From Psammoneis japonica (lineage: Eukaryota), in the NCBI GenBank assembly GCA_008632985.1, contig QPGO01000021.1:62001-126000 (forward strand): a DNA stretch of 64,000 nucleotides. The letters run 5' to 3'. The notes beneath the pieces are model-generated. The model did no database searches and was not told the origin of the DNA. It saw nothing but the letters and a program-made list of their open reading frames with translations. Below are positions 13,790 to 24,268 of this stretch, one piece after another. The translations under genes and the position numbers were made by a program. Each line of letters begins with the position of its first letter. Positions within the stretch are counted from its first letter, which is position 1.

Positions 13790-15600
13790 AGAAGGAAAGC
13801 ACACTCATGGCTGACAGCTTCCCCCATGGTCCATCAGCAGATGTGTGAAATCCTGCTTTTCCCAGCAGCTCAACAGCTGTCTTCCAACTCACCTCCTGCC
13901 ATGCACCAAATTTGCCTTTGATGCTTTGGTTGAAGCCATGCCATGGCACGGTGCTCCTGAGCAAAGGGGAGCAAGGTTGTGCTCTTTTTGTTGGTGACCA
14001 TTTCTTGGCTTTTTCCCTGAAGTGCACAGAGGCATGATGTGCCAACAGGAGGCAGCTGTAAAAACCCATCATCACTTCTTTGTTGCACACAGCACAGGTC
14101 CAATCAATTAAAACAAAAAGCTTCTTCATCTTTGTGCAGAGCACAATGCCAGCCAGATGTGCTGGTTCAAGGTGGAACATGTTTTGGTGGCAACCAAAGT
14201 CTGGCACAGCTTCAATGTTCTTCCACACACATGCTGTGCAATTTTCTTCTTGCTTGATTGAAAATGAGTCAGACAGGAGGGTGTTTGAAGCCAGGGTGCC
14301 CCTTGGTGAAATCAAGAGGGCAGGGTCATCTGTGCCACCACTTTTTGGATTTCACAAACAAGTTTCTTCTTTCCATCAAGGTGTGGGTGAACTTTGGCCA
14401 AGTGTTCAAGGTGAGGAGCACACATGCCTTGTGTTTGATGTGTCACATCTCACCAACACAGGATGCTTTGGTGCAGCAGTTGGAATCATTGCTGACATTG
14501 TGAACCACACCATGGGCCCCGGCTCCAATCATTGTGCTGACAAACCATTTTTTCCTCCTGTCAAATGACTGCAATGAAGGCCTTTTTGATGCTTGGAAGA
14601 AAGCAGGTTTCACCACCTTCACACCCAAAGTTCCAATGTTTGTCAGCTGGAGCTTTCGTCAATTCCCCACACTGCCAAGTTCAAATGTTTTGCCTCAGCA
14701 TGCTGACAATGCACCTCCTCCATCAGAAGCATTTTGGCTTTGTGTGGGTGTGGGAATGCCCAGTGCCTGATCTCAAAGTCAATTTTTCAATGGGTGTTTG
14801 TGAGATGAACAACACTTGTGTGTTTGTGTTCTCAATGAATGTCTTCTCTTCCATGTTCTTGGCAAGCTTTCTTTTCAATGCTGTCACCCATTGGAACAAG
14901 TGCCAGCAGCACTCTGAGAATGGCACACACTGTTGGTGGGACTGAGCCTCTTTCCTGATCCTTGTCATTCGGAAACATGAAAGATGCCGCCACTTCAGAC
15001 TCACCTCCTTGCCAGGACAGAACCCCACCAGCCACCTCTTTCATGCCAGCTTTGCAATCTTCTGATGTTGATTTTGAGTTGTTGCAAGTCAGTGGCTTTT
15101 GAGTTTCAGCTTTGCAAATTGACTGATTCCAAAACCCAGTGTGACTTGCCCCAAGTCCTCACTGGGATCAGTGTCACCTTTGACTTTCCTCTCAACTGCA
15201 TCAAAACACACCATCTGTTCTTTGCATGGGCTTGGAATTGTGGCTCCTTGTTCCACAAATTCCTTGACTTCTGAGGCTGCAAAAAACCTCCTTGCATTTT
15301 GTTCACCAAGTGACAAAGGTCAAGTGCTTGCTGAGATGTTTTTCTCATCTTTTCAAGATTTTCTGTCAAGTGCTTTGCTCAATCCCTTGTCAGCCACTTG
15401 ACTGCAACCAAGGACTTTTTTGAAAACCCAACTGCCAGCAGATTTTGTGGGCAGCTTCTGACAACAAGCCAAAGCAGGGTCCATTTTGACCAACACAGGT
15501 CTGGTTCTGTCATGTTGACATCAGTTGTGGTTTCTTGTTGTTTCAGGTTTGATGCCAGCATTGGTGCCATTTGCAACTTTCTTTCTTCAAATGTTGCTTT
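13790..15600 (-). pseudogene. Degenerate protein kinase-like gene
   Basis: IGAGAHGVVH (G-loop, expected GxGAYGVVY) at ~14500-14530 is followed by CCTKAS and HIKHKACVL (subdomain II/III-like), with VLIDWTCA (subdomain VII-like) further on. Interrupted by stops and frameshifts. Confidence 0.5.
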
Positions 15601-15965
15601 TCACATCAGCAGCTGTTCTCTCAAGACCCTCACATGCACAGAAAGGAGCTGATTTTTTTTTCTGACCCTGGGCTCTCTTTCCAACAATTGTCAGTGCCTT
15701 TTAAAGCAATTGGAAAGTGAGAGGAAAGGAAGTGTCTCATAGTTTGTCTGTGCAATTTGGTGAGGACAATGGGCAGAACAACACTTTGGTCATTGCTCTT
15801 TTCACATGTGTCTGGGGATTGTTTTTGCCAGGGAAGGGTGCCCAGCCAGCCATTCTCTGGCACATTTTCCTGTTTTCATTTTGTGGTTCATGCACCTTGT
15901 CATGAGCTGCTTCACACTGACAAGCATTGCAACAAAAAGTGACAGATGGCTTGTGCCATTGTTGG

Positions 15966-16173
15966 CATCCAGGTGTGGGCCATGGCGGTTGGTGTCATTG
16001 TCCATTGTCACAGTGCATCAAGATTGCTTGTGGGCAACCAAGCTGTTTCAGGGTTCTTAAATCACATCCAGGTGCGGGCCGTGGCGGCAGGTGTCATTGT
16101 CCATTGTTGCGGTGCATCAAGCACAAGGGGAAGATTGCTTGTGGGCAACCAAGCTGTTTCAGGGTTCTTAAAT
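15966..16173. repeat. Tandem duplication of ~100 bp
   Basis: CATCCAGGTG...GGGTTCTTAAAT occurs at 15966-16062 and 16065-16173. Confidence 0.9.
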
Positions 16174-17899
16174 TGCCAAGAATGATCACAAAATTGATTG
16201 CAGTTGATCACAAGTTCCCAGCACAAATGGTGATTGCAACAGGCATTTTTGCCACACATGGTCATGATTGCAATTGTTTGTGATCAGACTGCTTTCAAAG
16301 CACATGTCATTGTCATGATGGGCTCCATTTTGCTTCACCTGTGGTCTGCAGTTTGCCTGCTGTCTTGCCCGGGTGGTGCTCCTGCATGAAGAGTGGCCCT
16401 GCAAAGTGCGCCCCTGCCAGGGAGGCATCAACATGGCTGTGATTTGATTGCAGAGTTGGTGCAATCACTTGCCATTGTGATGAGGCAATTGTGCATTCAT
16501 GGTGATGCAATGTCTTGTTGTAAACTGACCATGACTCAGAACTTTGTTGTGAGTCTCATTTTCATTCACAAGTGTTCAGTCATGAGCAACAGGACAACCC
16601 CTGCTCATCACCCAACTCTGCTTTGCTCTCCATTGTGAGTGTCTGCACAACAACCATTGCACAGGCACTTTGCACACCCTGCCTTGGGGTGCATGCAAGT
16701 GTGCATGAAGAACAGTCGGTGCATGCCTCACAATGAAGAGTGGTCCATGACAGCAAATCTGGCTCCACTTCCAGAAGATGACCTCATGATGTCAAGTGGG
16801 CATTTCTGAGATCTCTCAAGTTGGGAGTGGGTGGGCACTGCTTGTGGGGACATGCATGTGGCACAGTCAATGGCGCCAGCCAGAAATTGATGAGGCAAAG
16901 CTTGCTTTTGTTGGCCCCTGACCCCCAGCCCAAGGCCAAAATGCAAGGCAGCAATTCTCAGCTGTGACAAGCTTGGAGGCTCAAGCCCGGGGTCTTGACC
17001 AAGTGCTCTTTAAGAAAACAACATGCCTGGTGATTGTCTTGCTCATGCACTGGTCCTTCCAGCAGTGGCAGCTGAAGGGGTCATGCTCTTTGTTGTTTGC
17101 AAACTCACCTCATTGACCTCTTAGGTCCAGCAGAGGCTTTTTTGCTGCCAAGCTGCTCTGGTTTCTTCAGATCATCTTGAAAATGACAACTCTGATTCTG
17201 AAGTGCATTTCCTTGGAAGACATGAGTCAAGAGACGCTTGAGGTGCTTTTCAATGGTTCCTTCTTGTTTTCCAGACTCGAGGCTCATTGATTTGGTCTCT
17301 AAATTGATTCCAGCAGAACTGGTGTGATTGATTCTTGCTCATGGAAGAATTTACAAAGGCGCGCCAGTTGAAACTTTCATTTTCCACATTTTTGGTGCCT
17401 TCTGTGGTGTGTGTGCACAATGCACTGTGCTCAAAGAACAGTTGCAAAGGAAAGCAGAATGAAGTGCAAAATGTGGAAATTGTGAGATCAAATGCTCTGT
17501 GATTTTTGGCTTCTCTGAATGAGTTCTCAATGGGCCAAAGCTTCTGCACTGCTTCTGCAGACAAAAGGCCTTTTGGAGAATGCAATTGTGAGACAACAGA
17601 TTGTCTGGACATGATTGCTGTTGACACGGAAGATGTCAACATCGTCAATTGATTGCATTTGCAATTTTTGACTTCCGATCAACTCTGTGTGATCGTTCTG
17701 TCCTTTGTGTGCATCCACGACTGTGGTGCGATTGACACACAAATGACATGTGATCACAGACATGCATGTGACAGTCGCACACTGCACCCGGTCAAATGCA
17801 CAGCGCCTGCCCCGCGACTGACCCAACCCACCCACAAGTTTGAAATGGCCATTGTCAAGCAACGCTTCTTGCCCCAAACTGACCCACTCAAGGGAAGCT

Positions 17900-19860
17900 G
17901 ATGCTTCAAGTCCATGACTGAAAAGAAGCATGACTTTCATTTGACATTTTCACAATGTGGGCTCCAGCCAAGTTGCGCCACCGACCAAGGTTTGAAATGT
18001 GTGCAAAAGCAAACAAAGCAAACTCAAGAGCACACAACGAGTCAAAACAAAAGCCCAGAATCACCATGGCAACACGAGTTCTGGTCCCCTTCTCACACAG
18101 CAACCATTGCTTTGACTGCACTCATGCTGACAATGACAGCAGTCATTTCAAAATCAAGCATGGAGCACCACTTCTGAGTGCTGCTGCCATGGCAATGGCA
18201 AAGGAAAAGACAGTCGAGGCAGCTGAAAAGTTGGGGCTGACAATGTCCAACAAGACAGATTACATTGCCAGCCCACACAGTGGCAAACACGCTCCACGAG
18301 ATTCATGGTCAGTGTGGCAAACTCCCCAGAATCATTGCGCTTGCTGCATCCATCTTCCAGCACCAGAGGGCCGAGATTCAAGGGCTGCAATGCACACTCG
18401 GGTCATCCAAAGCTTTGCTGCAAAGGAAGTCCTGTGCACTCTGAGGTGTGGAACAATTTTTGCCCGTAAAATGAGAAGGACGGGGTGAAGTGCAAGAGCC
18501 ATGGCTGCAAACAATTCTTGCCTGAGGATGCATGCCTGCTCTGAAACCACCTCCTCTCAAGCAACACAGCACAGGGCCTCCAGTTGTTCATGACAATGCT
18601 CGCTGCCACCTGCCTCTTCTTCCATCAAGATGAGTTCAGCAAGACAGAGACATCCAATTTCCTCACAACTCTGACATTTTGACGGCAATTGCCCACTTTG
18701 TCATTTGTGGATTTATCTCCATGTGAGAGTAGCACAAAGGGTGGGTGTCTGTTTCCAAGTGAAAAAGAGCTGGCCAACATGCCAGAGGACGGGGTGAGCA
18801 AAACCAAGATTGAACATTGGAAAGTGATGGATGCTCTCTAGAAAATGTTTCGCACAGTGTTGAACAAGCCCAATGTCAAGCTTGGAACACACAGCTTTTG
18901 CAAGATGGCTTGCCTTTTCTGTGCATGGGCTGACACAACAATGGCAGATGTCATGAAGAGTGCTTGCCACAAGACCTTGGCGCAAGCAGAAAAATGCCGC
19001 ATGGATGCGTTGCCGCTGAAGGACATCGGCGCTGTTCATGATGATCCTGTGGAGTGTGTCCCTTCAAAGTGGAAGTGTGTCCTGCAAGAAAGCGAAGGCA
19101 ACATTGAGTCAGATGAACGCCCCTGCAGTTCCATGCCAAAAATTGATCGGCCAACTCACCTGTGATTTCATTTTTCGAAAGTCAATGACATCTCCAAATC
19201 ATCCAGGCGCAATGGACACATTGCTTTTTTGGTTGATCAAGCAATGAAGTGGTGCAGGGCTGGAGACTCCAATGCCATGCTGGAAGATGTTCTCTTGACA
19301 CTGCCAATCAAACAAGCCTCTCAAGTGCGGCAAGCCTGGAAAATGAAACTGCTCAATGAAATTGCAAGTGTGAGCGAGTGCATTGTTGCACCTGCAGCTG
19401 CCAGTGTGCTCACTGGTGACAGCTTGCTTGTCAAATCAAAGTCATTGAACAAAAAAAGAGAGGATCTGATGGCAATGACCTTGAAGACCGCCACAAGCTG
19501 AAGAAGAGCAAAATGGAGATGGCAGAAAAGCTGGACATTGTTGTCAAGATTTGGGAGCAGCACCATGAGCAAGGCCAGCCATCAGTGACAGAGGGAGCCC
19601 AAAAATTCATCCAGCAGCAGGCTCCACCAATTGTTGGTTGCTTCCAAAACCACTGTAACTCTGACGCGGAACGGTTCTGCCACAAGTGGAAAACACTCCA
19701 ACACACCAAGTTCCCTTGCAAGGGAAAGGCCAATGAACCCTGTGCCGGATCGTCTGGGGATTGGGAAACTGCACATGCAGTGAGCACGACAGGTGATAAA
19801 TGTGAAGTGCTTTGCATGCACAATTTGTCGTGCACATTACTTGCTTCTCTTTTGCCGATG
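17900..19860 (+). mobile_element. Tyrosine-recombinase transposon remnant (Crypton-like)
   Basis: ORF 18845-19165 reads GTHSFCKMACLF...VMKSACHKTLAQAEKCR. This reverts by single CG>TG or TA>TG changes to GTHSFRKTAYLF...SARHKT...EKYR, the HxxR, H and catalytic Y motifs of tyrosine recombinases. No RT is visible nearby. Boundaries are approximate. Confidence 0.65.
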
Positions 19861-20287
19861 TACAACCCATTGCAAAGAGTAAATCAGCAGCAATGATACG
19901 ATGTTCGTCTCGCGGTGCCGACGCCGCTGAATGAGGCGAGTGAGCCCTTGGTACGTAATAAATTGTACCAGCTGCTACATCCATTTTATTTAGGACACAC
20001 CTTGAAGTAGAAGGTTACAGTCGCGCGATGAACGTTCCTAGAGGATCCTACACAAGATATGTGTAGCTCTAATACTGCAGTATAATCTCACGGGATCTGT
20101 CCGTAGCTTGGTCACTGACCCACGCTGACCCACGACCTACAAGCACTGATCGGCGCCAAACGTGGACCATGATGGAAGGATCGATAAGCAATATGCAGAC
20201 TTACCAAAGGTTCGACCACCATCAAACATCATCAGCATTAACGCACAAAAACACAATCAACAACCACAACAGAACACCGAAATAAAA

Positions 20288-21262
20288 ATGGGGGACTCGA
20301 TAGAAAGAGCCAAACTCCGAAATTATGTAATCCAAAACGCTCTTGGATGCAAATACCAAAGCCGGCCAGAGGTCGAGACAAGCTATGTCGAACCAACTTT
20401 GTTTGGACAGGCACATGAGGTCTATCAACTCAAGACGACAAATAACAAAATCTATCTGGGACCGCTATCTTCGGCCAGTGAAGAAGCGTTGGATGCCCTA
20501 GAAAAATCAAACATGGTGGCCATTTGCAACTGTACAGCTCGAAGCCCAAGATTTCACCCCGACATATTCAAGTACTGCCAGGTCAACGTTCACGACAACA
20601 GTGCAGCTGATATTCTTCGGTATTTGGAGGGAGCGGCACTCTTTATACATTCTATGCTTTCGAAAGGATCTGTATTAGTGCACTGTGAATACGGAGTCTC
20701 CCGATCTGCGACGGTAGTGATCGCCTACCTCATAAGACATCAGGGCATGACTCGTGATGAAGCCTATGTCTTGGTCAAGAGCCGACGGCCCAAGATCAAT
20801 CCGAATCAAGGCTTCTGGGATCAGCTCGCTACCTATGAGCAAACGGTTAAAGAACTACGGGCAAACAAATCAACTATGGATCCTGGTGTAAAGGAGAGCG
20901 AACTGGATCATCGCACATGGATTGAAATGACTCAAGCATTACACGCCACATGTTACAACATTGAAGGCGTTCTTGCTTCTCACCAATGCTGGAAACCCCT
21001 CGCTGCTATCAGCACAAGCCGAGAAAAGTTATATAGTTTTCTTTTTGCCTGTCTGGACTATGTGTGGGGTCGTGGGCTGAGAGATGTCGATCTGGAGTGG
21101 TTCGACTATGTGCTGAAGCAATTTCCACCAGAATCAAATGCAGAGGTACAAGCGCTACTGCATAGTCTCATTGAAGATCCCAAGTCCGAGTTTCGAGATG
21201 CTTGGACTGGGGAGATTCGCCAATCACAAATCGAAAAGATTTCAAAAGCTGTGCTGAAATAA
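20288..21262 (+). CDS. Dual-specificity protein phosphatase
   Basis: Motifs IYLG, VLVHCEYGVSRSATVVIAYL (HCx5R) and VKSRRPKINPNQGFWDQL. Confidence 0.92.
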   Translation: MGDSIERAKLRNYVIQNALGCKYQSRPEVETSYVEPTLFGQAHEVYQLKTTNNKIYLGPLSSASEEALDALEKSNMVAICNCTARSPRFHPDIFKYCQVNVHDNSAADILRYLEGAALFIHSMLSKGSVLVHCEYGVSRSATVVIAYLIRHQGMTRDEAYVLVKSRRPKINPNQGFWDQLATYEQTVKELRANKSTMDPGVKESELDHRTWIEMTQALHATCYNIEGVLASHQCWKPLAAISTSREKLYSFLFACLDYVWGRGLRDVDLEWFDYVLKQFPPESNAEVQALLHSLIEDPKSEFRDAWTGEIRQSQIEKISKAVLK

Positions 21263-21338
21263 TTTCGAAATTCGATAGAGAATTTGATAGTTTGATAAAT
21301 AATCATAGACATGATATTATCACTATTTTACCCTCCTT

Positions 21339-22214
21339 TCAAACAATATCTGCAAAGTCAATTGGTGCCGACTTTTGCGTGTTGGCAGCATCCACGGTTG
21401 AGCTGCTTTCACGCGTTCTATCACCCGCTCTAATGGGTTCACATCGGCGCCAAGACTGATCATAGCAAGCATGTGGACCGATTGGATGAGTGCATTTTCG
21501 AACATGACGAACGTTTTCAGCCTGTTCAAGCTCGAGTATCAAGTTTTTCAGGCGGTCAAATATAGGTACCCTGTCGGATTCTGTTTCGTATCCTTGATAT
21601 GTGGGAACATAGATCGCATTCGAATAGTTCATAATACATTGCTGTGGAGTGTTTTCCACAATCAAACAACGTTCCATTAGAAAATGCTCTTTCGGCAGGT
21701 CCTTGTCGTTCCAAACCTTGCGAAGTTCTTTGACTTTGCGACATGGGCAATGCCAGCTGTATTGAGCACAGTAGCATCGGGTACAAGAATGACTGTAGGG
21801 GCCACACCACAGGCAGCCGCCATCTGAGACTTGATGGCTATATTTTTGCGGGATTTCCTTTCTTGCTCGTAGTTTGGATCCTCCCCATGCAAAGGAAAAC
21901 GTCTTGTGACACTCTTGGTGATGACCATGAGATCCATCTTCCCAACAATTCTCGTGTTCTCCACAGACTCGTTGGCAAATTCGATAGGCATTGGTCATGG
22001 CCCAGCCATCATATGTAGCTGTCCATAAGGCGAGTTTGTGTCCTCGTTCCAAGAGCCACTGTAAGAATTCCACTGTTCCTGGTCTCAGTCGACATTGAAT
22101 TAGATGCTCACTCTCTCCTGCTAACGTTCCATCAATGTCAAACACAATTCCAAGCTTGTGAGATTGTGGCGGCGATGAGGGGTTGTCTGTTGTTGGCGTT
22201 GATAATTCCTCCAT
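21339..22214 (-). CDS. HAD-superfamily FCP1/NIF-like phosphatase with Cys/His-rich inserts
   Basis: VFDIDGTL (DxDxT), LRPGTVEFLQWL, LWTAT and LIVENTP motifs in an intact 291-aa ORF. Confidence 0.8.
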   Translation of the reverse strand: MEELSTPTTDNPSSPPQSHKLGIVFDIDGTLAGESEHLIQCRLRPGTVEFLQWLLERGHKLALWTATYDGWAMTNAYRICQRVCGEHENCWEDGSHGHHQECHKTFSFAWGGSKLRARKEIPQKYSHQVSDGGCLWCGPYSHSCTRCYCAQYSWHCPCRKVKELRKVWNDKDLPKEHFLMERCLIVENTPQQCIMNYSNAIYVPTYQGYETESDRVPIFDRLKNLILELEQAENVRHVRKCTHPIGPHACYDQSWRRCEPIRAGDRTRESSSTVDAANTQKSAPIDFADIV

Positions 22215-23916
22215 GATTGTTTTGATGCGTGCTTTGAATGATGTTTTGGTTGTATATTGGAAATTCGAAATTCTCAGACGTGCACCTTCAATCTTGCTTC
22301 AATCAATCATCACGCAGAGATTTGAATCGACTGGTTGGACCAAAAATTCAAACGAAGAACAGAGTTCTGATCTTTTTTTCCGACGTCACGTGCTTCTCCT
22401 TCTGCCTTTTGTTGCAACGATCAGAAGTGGAACAATCACGATGACTTCAGCCTTCAGCTGGTCATCAAGCACAACTGCACAAGCAGGTGAACTCAAGACC
22501 AAAAGATCAGCTGCAGACTGCAGAGCACTCTTCAAAAAGAACGGAGAATCAGCAAGAGAGAGAATTGAAAATGAGTCGAGCATCAGCTTCTCTTCTGCTG
22601 CAATCATGTTGCTGCTTCTTGCTCATTCTACCCAATGGACATGTGTTTGTGCCGAGAACCAGTCGAAATTGCAGTTTCTCTCCAGCTGCATCACCAACTG
22701 TGTCAGCGATGATTCACAGTGTTCAGCGCTCTTTTACAATCCATTGGAGTTTGAATCGGCAGAAGCCAAGGAGGCACACATGGAATTGGCACAAGAACCC
22801 CAAAAGTCTCACTGTGTCAATGAACCTGGAATTGGACCCATGCAGCATGGTGTGTTGTCCAGTTTACCTCTGTGGATGGAAGATTGTGTGAGTTGTTCGA
22901 AATGCCAGACTTGCAAAGTTGGTTGTCAAATCTTTGTTAAGACTTGTCGGTCGTCACTGTGTTTTGGTCATTTTCAACTTTATTTTCCTGACAGCATTTT
23001 GTTTGACCCACCAAAACACAATGCAGATGGAACTTCCTGGACTGCAGCATGTCATGGAGGTTGAAGATCCCCAACTGGTGAATCTGGCATTGAAGATTGT
23101 GGCTGGGCCTCGCCCTTGGCACCGTGGGCACATCAACAGAAAAGACAGTGATTGTGATGAAAATTTAGAGACCACAGATTCGCCATTGGAATGCCAACAC
23201 AAACATCAGATCATCCACTGGACAAAGAAAGCGGATCTTTGGAGATTGGAGTTCAAGCACTGGGACGCTTCAGCGTGGTTGAAGGCTTGTCAGCATTGGC
23301 AGGGCTGGGCAAGCAGCCATGGATGCTGGGGAAGTGCTGGCACTGTTGGTGCTGAGCCTGACATCACAAGAGATGGGTGACAGGTTTGACAGATGCTGCA
23401 GATCCTTTCCATTGCCAGCACATTTTGCCTGTGTTGTCTGCATGGTGGAGAGAACAAGGGGGGTTCTTTCTCAGGCATCAAAGCACTCATCACCACCAGC
23501 GTGGGGTTGGATGATGCTGCCCATGAGCTCCAAGTCAGCATTTGTGGTTGGGCCATGTGGGGGTTGGTGCAGGTGGCAGGCAGGATGATGAAAGTCATTC
23601 AATCGCAGCAGAGTGTGTGCCAGGAGTGTGGCAGACTCACAAGTCCTGCAAGGTTTGTCAGAGATTTTCTTGCAGCTTGGGAACACAAGCCCATGGGAGA
23701 TGCAGCAGGCAGCCTGAAACTCCAAGTGAGTGGAGCTCTCCTGTTGGCAGCTTTTGAAACCCATCGTCGATGGCACATTTTCTTGTGCAGGGGAAGTCCT
23801 GGTGTGCAACAGTTTGGTGCTGGGGGGTGTCTGCAGTCTGGCCCAAGTCAAGACTTCCTTCTGCATTTGAGTGTGCTGTGAGTGCACAAAGCTGCCAGTC
23901 AAGTGTGCTCTGCATC

Positions 23917-24161
23917 TGACAGAAAATGAAGATGACTGGGTGGAAGAAAACAATGGCTCCTTGCTGCTGTCTAAACAGCAGATGAGTCTCCGTGCAGAGA
24001 CCGTCACAGGAGCCAAAAGACTGGTGTCGTGACATCGGCACTGCTGTCATCATTCTTGTGAGCCATGTGGCTCAAAAGCAAACTACATCGCATGACGCAC
24101 GTGGAACTAAGAGCACACACAATCATGTGTGACAAACTAAAATCTTGTTCAAATCCTGTCA
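23917..24161 (-). repeat. 3' LTR of copia element
   Basis: Gapless match to 30892-31136; adjacent to the PPT. Confidence 0.95.
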
Positions 24162-24268
24162 CTCCCCAGTTTGCTTGAGGGGTCAACAGCGATGGATTCG
24201 AAGTCGGATTGGTTGAAAGCCTTGGGGTCGAAGTTCCAAAACATTAGAGGACAAAGGAGGTTCCAGAC

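Larger units (their letters stand above)
12270..19860. mobile_element. TpA- and CpG-depleted island 1 of degenerate transposon/pseudogene sequence
   Basis: Abrupt near-disappearance of TA and CG with an excess of TG/CA. Six-frame ORFs are rich in C/H/Q and nearly Tyr-free. Contains tyrosine-recombinase and kinase remnants. Confidence 0.85.

Noticed and set aside
12279..19896. Dozens of overlapping Cys/His/Gln-rich ORFs in all six frames here and in the other islands
   Set aside because: Artefact of TpA loss, which removes TAA/TAG stops and creates TGY/CAY codons; they are not zinc-finger or novel genes.
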